Shown here piece after piece: positions 25,045 to 32,000 of a stretch of DNA of 32,000 nt (position 1 is its first letter; each line of letters starts with the position of its first letter). The position numbers and the translations under genes were made by a program. The stretch covers positions 32,119-64,118 of the forward strand of contig JABUBF010000006.1 in NCBI GenBank assembly GCA_013306035.1, in the 5' to 3' direction. The DNA comes from Nitrososphaerota archaeon. GTDB taxonomy: Archaea; Thermoproteota; Nitrososphaeria; Nitrososphaerales; UBA57. A model generated the notes under the pieces. It had not been told where the DNA came from and ran no database searches. It was given only the letters and a program-made list of their open reading frames with translations.

Positions 25045-25098
25045 CTAACGATTATTTCTTTGGTCTGATTTATTAAGAACTTTTCTGACATTATTATT

Positions 25099-27486
25099 GT
25101 GTCAACTAAATCTGTTCAAGAAGTATCTACATTCGTTCGTATGCCTAAACCTAAGCAGAAAGAGTTTTGGGACAACCGACGTATAGAACATCTCCGTGAA
25201 TTAGCTACTACCGGAAAAGCCGCATATTTGTGGGAAAACCATTCAGATAGTTCTCGAATATTGGACCGTCTTGCTTTTTCTGCTATAGATCCACAGAAAT
25301 CTAATGATGAATTTAAGGAAATCCATAATGATTCGTCTTTGATCAAAAATATCGATACTACTACAAAATTGGCATATGGAAGAATTAGTTTGTCTGCTCC
25401 GTTATATTTAGGAGATATGTCGTTTGGTGCATTGAGTGGAATTCCTAATATTGCATTAGCACGTGCTTCTGATGCAACTGGCGTTATTAATGGAACTGGA
25501 GAAGGTGGATTACATCCTGATGTCGCGACTTGTAAAAATATAACTGTTCAATGGGCTTCAGGAAGATTTGGTGTAGATATTGACGTATTAAAAACTGGAC
25601 AAGGAATTGTAATTAAAATTGGACAAGGTGCAAAACCTGGTATTGGTGGACACTTACCTGGCTCCAAAGTTACAGGTCCAATTTCTCGTGCTCGTAGAAT
25701 TCCTATTGGAAAAGACGCAGTATCTCCAGCTCCACATCATGATATTTATTCTATAGAAGATTTAGGTCAAAGAATTTGGGCTTTGAAAGAAGCTACTGGT
25801 AAACCTGTTTTTGTTAAGATTGGTTGTACAAATTATGTTCCATATATTGCATCTGGTGTTGCAAGTATGGGTGCTGACGGAATTATAATTGATGGTTCTG
25901 GCGCAGGTACTGGTGCTGCCCCATCTGTGATTCGTGATAATGTTGGACTTCCTATTGATTTAGTTGTTTCATGGGTTGATCGTATCTTGACAAAACAAAA
26001 TCTCCGTAATGGATTTTCTGTTATTGCCGCAGGTGGAGTAAGTAACGCAGAAGATACCGCTAAATTATTAGCTTTAGGAGCAGATTGTGTTAGTACAGGA
26101 ACTGCCACATTAGTTGGTTTAGGTTGTTTAATGGTACATAAATGTCATATTGGTTTTTGTCCTGCACTTCTTACAAATAAACTCGTCGACGATCCTACAA
26201 AAGTTCTTTCACTTGACAAATCAGTAGAATGGACCTCTAAAATGATCTTTGGTTGGATTGAGGAATTCAAATGGATTTTACGAGAATTGAATCTTAACTC
26301 TGTATCTGAATTAGTTGGAAGACGAGATTTACTTCGTGGTTACAACATGCACGAAGAAACCGCAGATATTTTAGGTGTAGAACTTGATCATTCCTCTAAA
26401 TCATTAGTTGGCCCTCAACCTATACAAAAACAAATACCTGAAGATGAATATTGGACTCCTATTTTACAAGGAGAACTTCGTGAATTATCTGGCAGTGCCG
26501 GTCGTAATCCTGGAGAAGCAGTAATTACAAGTATGGGAACTATCACTGCTCCTTTTGTAGCTCAACCTCGTTCTGTATGTGATTGGATTCGTTCCGATGG
26601 CGCTCAAGTTACTCGTCCAAGTATTGATCCTTATAGAGAAGAAATCGAAACATCTACTTATTTAGCTAATGGAGATATTAGATTGTCTAATCCGATTTAT
26701 CTTGGTCGACTTAATGAAGAAGGTTCAATACAAAATATCTTCTCTGAAGTATCTTCTTCTATGGGTCTATTGTATAATTCTCAGAAATTAATCGATGCAT
26801 CCAAAACATCATTGAATTCATCTTTATTGATCCCCTATTCTGAATTTTTAAATAATGATAAATCTGGAGTAAAATGTATAACTGTCGATTACAACGAAAT
26901 CGATAAAATCGAAAAATTATCTGAGTATGATGTACATATTATGGTTAGATTTCCATCAAATGAACAAACAATTAAGTCGATTTCATCTATAATTGACAAA
27001 AATATATCTGGAATAATTATTGATTGGGATCTAGATAAAAATAATGATACACTTGATCTTGCTATTTGTACTTCTGAAGTTGATAATATCCTGAGAAATA
27101 CTCCATTTAAAACAAGTATTGCTAGAAATAAAATTAATCTATTAGTTGAGGGAAGTCGTATTCGTGGAGCTGCCGATATATTCAAATTAATTGGATTAGG
27201 TGCAGATGCCGCTGGAATAAGTAAAGCTGCATTATTATCTATAAATTATGATCCAAAGAAGTTTCGTAATGATAGTAATGAATCTAATTTTGACCAAGAT
27301 AAAACAAGAGAAAAATTAGAATATACCATTTTGGCATTACAAAAAGAAATAAAATTATTAGCAGGTGCAGCAGGAATTAGTTCTATTCAAAATTCATTAT
27401 TAGGTAATCGAGAATTATTCCGTTCAGTTGATTTGGATCCACTGATAAGAAAAAGACTTGGAATAAAAGCAGGTGGGGCTCTTTGA
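25099..27486 (+). CDS. Glutamate synthase large-subunit domain 2-like protein (FMN/3Fe-4S barrel) with a second, degenerate copy of the barrel
   Basis: Residues ~85-415 carry GltB FMN-domain motifs: APLYLGDMSFGALS, KIGQGAKPGIGGHLPG, SPAPHHDIYSIEDL, IIIDGSGAGTGAAP and the C-x5-C-x4-C cluster motif GCLMVHKCHIGFC. Residues ~505-790 repeat the outline without these motifs. The start is GTG at 25099; an alternative ATG lies at 25141. Confidence 0.8.
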   Translation: MSTKSVQEVSTFVRMPKPKQKEFWDNRRIEHLRELATTGKAAYLWENHSDSSRILDRLAFSAIDPQKSNDEFKEIHNDSSLIKNIDTTTKLAYGRISLSAPLYLGDMSFGALSGIPNIALARASDATGVINGTGEGGLHPDVATCKNITVQWASGRFGVDIDVLKTGQGIVIKIGQGAKPGIGGHLPGSKVTGPISRARRIPIGKDAVSPAPHHDIYSIEDLGQRIWALKEATGKPVFVKIGCTNYVPYIASGVASMGADGIIIDGSGAGTGAAPSVIRDNVGLPIDLVVSWVDRILTKQNLRNGFSVIAAGGVSNAEDTAKLLALGADCVSTGTATLVGLGCLMVHKCHIGFCPALLTNKLVDDPTKVLSLDKSVEWTSKMIFGWIEEFKWILRELNLNSVSELVGRRDLLRGYNMHEETADILGVELDHSSKSLVGPQPIQKQIPEDEYWTPILQGELRELSGSAGRNPGEAVITSMGTITAPFVAQPRSVCDWIRSDGAQVTRPSIDPYREEIETSTYLANGDIRLSNPIYLGRLNEEGSIQNIFSEVSSSMGLLYNSQKLIDASKTSLNSSLLIPYSEFLNNDKSGVKCITVDYNEIDKIEKLSEYDVHIMVRFPSNEQTIKSISSIIDKNISGIIIDWDLDKNNDTLDLAICTSEVDNILRNTPFKTSIARNKINLLVEGSRIRGAADIFKLIGLGADAAGISKAALLSINYDPKKFRNDSNESNFDQDKTREKLEYTILALQKEIKLLAGAAGISSIQNSLLGNRELFRSVDLDPLIRKRLGIKAGGAL

Positions 27487-29600
27487 ACGATTCAAAATTA
27501 GTAAGCAAAGATGATTGCGGTGTATTTGCAATACTCAAGAAAAAACACGCTAAAAAAATTTCTAATCAAGTTGCAGTTGATGGTATTGAATGTGTTAGAT
27601 TTAGAGGTAGTAAATTTGGCGCTGGTTTCGCATCTTTTAATCTTGAAAATTCTAATCAAGAGTTTTTATTGAGTATATTTGTAGAAAATGAAAACACATT
27701 TGATGAAATTAAAGATATTCTTAATGGTTACAATTTCTCAATTCATGATATTAAATCTAAAAAAATTACTGCTTCTGAATTATCGCTTGATATATCATTA
27801 ATTGTAAAAACTTCTGATTCTGTTAAATTATCTAATGTTGTTAATCAAATTAATTATAAATTTTCAATTCCTAACTATCGAGCCAGGATCTATTCATCAG
27901 GCAATTATGTTAATGTGTATAAAGACATTGGATATCCATCTGACGTAGCACGTTCTACTGGTCTTATTGATTCTAACTCAAGTGCTGATTTATGGATTGC
28001 TCATACTCGCCAACCTACTAATTCTCCTGGTTCTTCTGCAATTTGGTGCCACCCATTTTCTAATTCAAATACTGCAATTGTTCATAATGGTGATATTAGT
28101 TCTTTTGGATCTAACATGAATTTTCTTCAATATCGCGGTGTTACAAATTTAGTTGGAACTGATAGTGAAGTAATTGCATTTATCGTTGATTACCTTGCTC
28201 GTATTGAGAATTTATCTATGGAAGACATTGGTTTAATTTTATCTAATCCTTATGATCGTTTTCTCTATCGATTAGGAGATGAAAAAACAAATTACATTCG
28301 TAATTTATTGTATCATTATCGAGGTGCTGAATTAGATGGTCCATTTACAATATTTATTGGTTATTCTGATGGTGATGATGTATACCTCTTAGCAGTTATT
28401 GACCGATCAAAATTTCGACCTGTAGTCATCGGCGAAGATGAAGATAATATCTATATGGCTAGTGAAGAATGTCAGATACGAATGTTATCTCCAAAAGCTA
28501 ATATTTGGACTCCACAACCTGGACGATTTGTCTTTGCTTCAATGAATAAAGGAATAATTGAATCAGGTCGTGATTCTAACATAATTGATTCTGTCAAGAG
28601 TTCTGATTTAATAGAGATTGATTCTTCACATAATAGCTCTGCGAATATTATTGATTCAAACAAACTTTCTTCTTATGAATTGAACACCCATATTAAATCC
28701 ATTCTTAGTAGTGGTCCAAAATCAATTAATTTGATGAACGTCAGTGGCCAAAGATACCTCGGCGTAAATCTTCCAAAGAATTCTGAATTGAATATTTATG
28801 GAACTCCTGGAAATTGTCTTGCAAATTTTAACAAAGGCACAAATATCAATGTTTATGGAAGTGCCGAAGATAACGTTGCCGATACCATGTACGAAGGAAA
28901 AATCAAAATTCACGGTAATACACGTGATGTGATAGGATATGCATTACAAGGAGGCCAAATATTTGTTCGCGGTAATGTTGGAAATCGAGCATTCATCTTA
29001 ATGAGAGAATATGAAGAGAGTCGTCCTGTGGTTATTGTTGGTAATCGTGCCGACGACTATTTCTGTGAATATATGTCTGGCGGTCTTGCACTTGTTCTTG
29101 GAATTGATTCTCTTGATTCATCAAAATCAGAACAATTAGTCGGTAATTTTCTTGCAACTGGCATGTTACGTGGATTAATATACGTTCGTGGAAAAGTTGA
29201 TTCTGATTCTATTGGTTTAAACCCACCTAGAGAAGATATAATAAATTATTTGTCTTATATGAATTATAAAGGAATTATTGATGATCAATTATTTGAAAAA
29301 CTTTCTATTGCATCTGACATAAATCTTAATATATTAAAATTAGAACTCTCAGAACAGGCATTTGAATCAATTAATAAATTATTCTCAAGTAAATATAGTG
29401 TTAATCTTGATATCGAATATCGTAAACTTGATGACTCTGATCTTGAATTACTAAACCCATATCTGAAAGAATTTACTTCTGATTTTAATATTTCAAATGA
29501 TATATTAAATAAACTTGTTAATTCTGATTATACAATTATAAAATCTATTGATAAATTTAATGATTCAAAAGTTCCTAAAGTAACCGTTGTAGAAGAATAA
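27483..29600 (+). CDS. Glutamate synthase large-subunit domain 1 (class II/Ntn glutamine amidotransferase) fused to domain 3 (GXGXG beta-helix)
   Basis: N-terminal part: Cys12 in DDCGVFAI, HTRQPTNSPG, VHNGDISSFG and GTDSEVIAF. C-terminal part: repetitive G-rich beta-helix NVSGQRYLGVNL...IYGTPGNCLANF...VYGSAEDNVADTM...IHGNTRDVIGYAL...VRGNVGNRAF, typical of GltB domain 3 and FwdC. The TTG start overlaps the upstream TGA stop (TTGA). Confidence 0.8.
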   Translation: MNDSKLVSKDDCGVFAILKKKHAKKISNQVAVDGIECVRFRGSKFGAGFASFNLENSNQEFLLSIFVENENTFDEIKDILNGYNFSIHDIKSKKITASELSLDISLIVKTSDSVKLSNVVNQINYKFSIPNYRARIYSSGNYVNVYKDIGYPSDVARSTGLIDSNSSADLWIAHTRQPTNSPGSSAIWCHPFSNSNTAIVHNGDISSFGSNMNFLQYRGVTNLVGTDSEVIAFIVDYLARIENLSMEDIGLILSNPYDRFLYRLGDEKTNYIRNLLYHYRGAELDGPFTIFIGYSDGDDVYLLAVIDRSKFRPVVIGEDEDNIYMASEECQIRMLSPKANIWTPQPGRFVFASMNKGIIESGRDSNIIDSVKSSDLIEIDSSHNSSANIIDSNKLSSYELNTHIKSILSSGPKSINLMNVSGQRYLGVNLPKNSELNIYGTPGNCLANFNKGTNINVYGSAEDNVADTMYEGKIKIHGNTRDVIGYALQGGQIFVRGNVGNRAFILMREYEESRPVVIVGNRADDYFCEYMSGGLALVLGIDSLDSSKSEQLVGNFLATGMLRGLIYVRGKVDSDSIGLNPPREDIINYLSYMNYKGIIDDQLFEKLSIASDINLNILKLELSEQAFESINKLFSSKYSVNLDIEYRKLDDSDLELLNPYLKEFTSDFNISNDILNKLVNSDYTIIKSIDKFNDSKVPKVTVVEE

Positions 29601-29960
29601 CTATTCTCTTTTACTTAGTTTATCTGATAATGAAGTCATTTTCCCATCTTTTGATACTGAAATTGACGTAGGTACTGTAATTCTTAATCCTGCATTTCGA
29701 AATACTGATAATAACTCGCCTCCAGAAATAGAACTCTGAATTTTACCATTCTTTATTAACTCAATTAATTGATTAACGATGATTTCTGTTTCTTTTGGAT
29801 AATAAGTTTCAGCAATTTTTAGCACTTCATCTCCCCTATCGACTAGTCTAGACAAAAGAATTTCTTTTGGGTCATCTTGTTTATTCTGATTTTCAATTCT
29901 CTTCATTAATTCTTTAATCTTCTTTTGCTTCAATATTTCTAGTTCTTTATCGTCGTTCAT
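29601..29960 (-). CDS. PDCD5/TFAR19-like double-stranded DNA-binding protein
   Basis: 119 aa. It has an N-terminal charged helix (ELEILKQKKIKELMKRIE), then ILLSRLVDRGDEVLKIAETYYPKETEIIVNQLIELIKNGKI...ISGGELLSVF, matching the archaeal PDCD5-family pattern as I recall it. Confidence 0.6.
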   Translation of the reverse strand: MNDDKELEILKQKKIKELMKRIENQNKQDDPKEILLSRLVDRGDEVLKIAETYYPKETEIIVNQLIELIKNGKIQSSISGGELLSVFRNAGLRITVPTSISVSKDGKMTSLSDKLSKRE

Positions 29961-30045
29961 TCTCGGTATATTATATTATTACGTTGATATATATTAATTG
30001 AAAATAAGATTTAAATGCGGTAATTAGATAGTAACTTTTACTTAA

Positions 30046-30987
30046 TTGAATTCTGATAAAAAAATTCTTATTTGTGATAAAATAGAGCCTGAAGGTGTTG
30101 ATTTATTAAAAGAATCTGGTTTTACTATTCTTGAAAATCCTACTATCACGTCTGAGGAATTACTTGAAGTAATCTCCGAAGTACATGTTATTGTTGTTCG
30201 TAGTAGGACAAAAATAACTGAATCTGTTATTAATTCTGGAAAAATTCTTGAATTAATTTGTAGACCTGGTACTGGAATTGATAACATTGATTCTTCTACT
30301 GCCGAAAAGAATAATATTCCTGTTTTTACGTCTGTAGAAGCTTCTACCAATGCCGTTGCTGAATTGACTATCTCTCTTGCCGTTAGTCTTGCACGTTCTA
30401 TTCCATTAGCTGACCGATCTCTAAAAGATAACCAATGGATTAAAAATTCTATCCTTGGTAGTGAATTAAGAGGTAAAACATTTGGAATTATTGGTCTAGG
30501 CCGTATTGGAAGAAGAACTGGAATTTTAGCATCTGCTCTTGAAATGAAAGTTATTGGATTTGAAAAACAAATTGTTGACAAAGATTATTTAAGTAAATAT
30601 AATGTAACTCAGGTCGAACTTAATGAATTATTATCAAAGTCTGATTTCATTAGTTTACACCTTCCTGCAACACCTGAAACAATTCATATGATTGGCAAAG
30701 AACAATTTGAATTAATGAAAAATACATCCTTTCTTATTAATACAGCTCGTGGTCAACTAATTGTTGAATCCGATTTATTTGATGCATTATCTAATAATAA
30801 AATCGCCGGTGCCGCTCTTGATGTTTTTGAGACAGAACCCCCTACTAATACTGATCTAATTAAATTAAAGAACCTAATAGCCACTCCTCATATTGGAGCA
30901 CAAATTATCGAAGCTCAAAAAGAAGCTTCAATTGTTATCGCACAAAAAATAATTAATTTCTATTTAGAAAATAAAACCACGGAATAA
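30046..30987 (+). CDS. D-isomer-specific 2-hydroxyacid dehydrogenase, SerA-like (3-phosphoglycerate dehydrogenase without ACT domain)
   Basis: NAD-binding GIIGLGRIGRRTG, then NTARG, LDVFETEPP and TPHIGA with the catalytic His. The TTG start follows an in-frame TAA at 30043-30045. The first in-frame ATG lies beyond the GxGxxG motif. Confidence 0.8.
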   Translation: MNSDKKILICDKIEPEGVDLLKESGFTILENPTITSEELLEVISEVHVIVVRSRTKITESVINSGKILELICRPGTGIDNIDSSTAEKNNIPVFTSVEASTNAVAELTISLAVSLARSIPLADRSLKDNQWIKNSILGSELRGKTFGIIGLGRIGRRTGILASALEMKVIGFEKQIVDKDYLSKYNVTQVELNELLSKSDFISLHLPATPETIHMIGKEQFELMKNTSFLINTARGQLIVESDLFDALSNNKIAGAALDVFETEPPTNTDLIKLKNLIATPHIGAQIIEAQKEASIVIAQKIINFYLENKTTE

Positions 30988-30996
30988 TGAATTAAA

Positions 30997-31830
30997 TTGA
31001 GAGAATTAGCAATTGCTATTCCATCAAATATTCTTGAAGACTGTCAATCCCTTTCTGAAAAAACACATAAATTAGGAATAATTGCACGTGCCGCCTCAAT
31101 TTTTAAAGTTACTAAAATTCACGTTTATAAGAATCAAGGAAGTCATGACAAGGATCTCATTTTGTTATTACTTAGATATCTTGTAACTCCTCAATATCTC
31201 CGAAAAAATCTTTTTCCTATTAAACAAGAATTAAAACTTGCTGGAACCCTTCCTCCTCTTCGTATTCCATCACATATGGTAAATCGAAATTATAATCCTG
31301 ATGTCATTAATATTCGTGATGGTGTATGTATTAAATTTGATAATAAAATCAATATGTCTATAATTGATATTGGTATGCATAATTATGGTATTCTTGAAGG
31401 CAATATCACTGTGGGGGAAATAATTACTGTAAAAATCGTTTCACAATCTTATAAAGGAAAATACTTCTTATTACAAAAGATTCAACCTTCAGACTATTGG
31501 GGATACGATCTTACATACAATAATTCATTAAAAGATATTCTGTCTACAAATAATTACAACGTTACAGTTATTACTTCTAAATTTGGTTCTGATTTTCATT
31601 CTAATGCAAAATTAATTTCTGAAGAAATCAAAAATAATACTGATTCTAGTATTTTAATTGCTTTTGGTTCTCCTAAAACTGGTCTTATGTCTGTGATTTC
31701 TCGTGAAAAAATCGATAAATCTAATTTATTTCTCATAAATCTATTTCCAAATCAGGGTGTAGAAACAATAAGAAGTGAAGAGGCTATTATGGCCGGACTT
31801 TCATTATTTAATTCACTCTACTCGAGTTAA
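30997..31830 (+). CDS. SPOUT-superfamily putative RNA methyltransferase (DUF171/COG2106-like)
   Basis: 277 aa. The N-terminal LAIAIPSNILEDCQSLSEKTHKLGIIARAASIFKVTKIHVY matches the DUF171 pattern (iaiPsS......l..kT..ig.iaRaa.if.v.ei.vy). An OB-like insertion lies in the middle, and the C-terminal ILIAFGSP...E fits a SPOUT knot. TTG start. Confidence 0.6.
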   Translation: MRELAIAIPSNILEDCQSLSEKTHKLGIIARAASIFKVTKIHVYKNQGSHDKDLILLLLRYLVTPQYLRKNLFPIKQELKLAGTLPPLRIPSHMVNRNYNPDVINIRDGVCIKFDNKINMSIIDIGMHNYGILEGNITVGEIITVKIVSQSYKGKYFLLQKIQPSDYWGYDLTYNNSLKDILSTNNYNVTVITSKFGSDFHSNAKLISEEIKNNTDSSILIAFGSPKTGLMSVISREKIDKSNLFLINLFPNQGVETIRSEEAIMAGLSLFNSLYSS

Positions 31831-31832
31831 TC

Positions 31833-32000
31833 TCATAAAGTCTCATCGAACAATTCTGTTCTTTTTCTATTTAAAATCAATCCAATTATTGAGAATATCA
31901 CTGCAAAAATAATCAATCTTACATTCATGAATATCTGAAAATCTGATTCTATTACTATGAATATCATTCCTGATATTAATATGAAAGAAATTACTGAAGA
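31833..32000 (-). CDS. 3' end of a small hydrophobic (membrane) protein, truncated by the window edge
   Basis: My own minus-strand translation gives ...SSVISFILISGMIFIVIESDFQIFMNVRLIIFAVIFSIIGLILNRKRTELFDETL, followed by a TGA stop (complement of 31833-31835). It has two hydrophobic stretches and no family recognised. Confidence 0.25.
   Translation of the reverse strand, partial: SSVISFILISGMIFIVIESDFQIFMNVRLIIFAVIFSIIGLILNRKRTELFDETL

Noticed and set aside
25045-25098. Two CTGA motifs 20 nt apart upstream of the GltB domain-2 gene (possible D'/D boxes).
   Set aside because: No RUGAUGA C or C' box is present, and the spacing is too short for a guide plus a C' box.
30042-30581. 179-aa ORF on the minus strand, almost exactly antisense to the 5' half of the SerA-like gene.
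   Set aside because: The plus-strand frame carries clear dehydrogenase motifs (GxGxxG, catalytic His). The antisense product is low-complexity (Ile/Ser/Pro-rich) with no motif. This is a typical shadow ORF in an AT-rich, stop-poor antisense frame.
1-32000. Scan for CRISPR repeats, rRNA, large direct or inverted repeats, and defence or toxin-antitoxin modules.
   Set aside because: None was recognised by eye. The only tandem repeat found is a trivial 2 x 9 nt in-frame duplication at 11629-11646. A computational repeat search would be needed to exclude dispersed repeats.

Overview
This is an AT-rich, very gene-dense archaeal chromosomal segment with about 38 protein-coding genes and 4 tRNA genes. 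Neighbouring genes often abut or overlap by 1-35 nt. The content is almost entirely core housekeeping. It includes RNase Z, the CCA-adding enzyme, and the archaeal exosome superoperon (SBDS-Rrp4-Rrp41-Rrp42-L37Ae-Pcc1-prefoldin beta), which runs co-directionally into an ECF-transporter EcfA-EcfA'-EcfT module. It also includes the RFC small subunit divergent from a GINS-MCM-Hel308 cluster, RtcB plus archease, diphthine synthase, the archaeal flavin-cofactor enzymes (RibK/RbkR-type and RibL-type), a split glutamate-synthase-like gene pair, a SerA-like dehydrogenase and a SPOUT-class protein. All four tRNA genes fold into cloverleaves only if 2-3 short insertions per gene are removed. That is 10 putative introns in total, in the D-loop, anticodon arm, position 42/43 and T-loop. 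Together with the visibly low G+C and the gene content, this suggests a Nitrosopumilales-like thaumarchaeon (inference, not computed). I see no CRISPR array, rRNA, integrase or transposase, toxin-antitoxin pair or recognisable defence island. I do not find a convincing wholly novel multi-gene system here. The most unusual items are: (1) the multi-intron tRNAs, including one whose T-loop cannot be restored to the canonical U54-U55-C56; (2) a convergent flavin gene pair in which both the riboflavin kinase and the FAD synthetase carry N-terminal wHTH-like domains, coupled to a diphthine synthase with an extra C-terminal domain; (3) a glutamate-synthase-like pair with an internally duplicated, degenerate FMN-barrel domain and no GltD partner in the window; (4) an AsnB-like amidotransferase whose nucleophile Cys is not adjacent to a standard start codon; (5) unusually frequent obligatory TTG/GTG start codons. 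All product calls come from motif recognition by eye; no database search was run.
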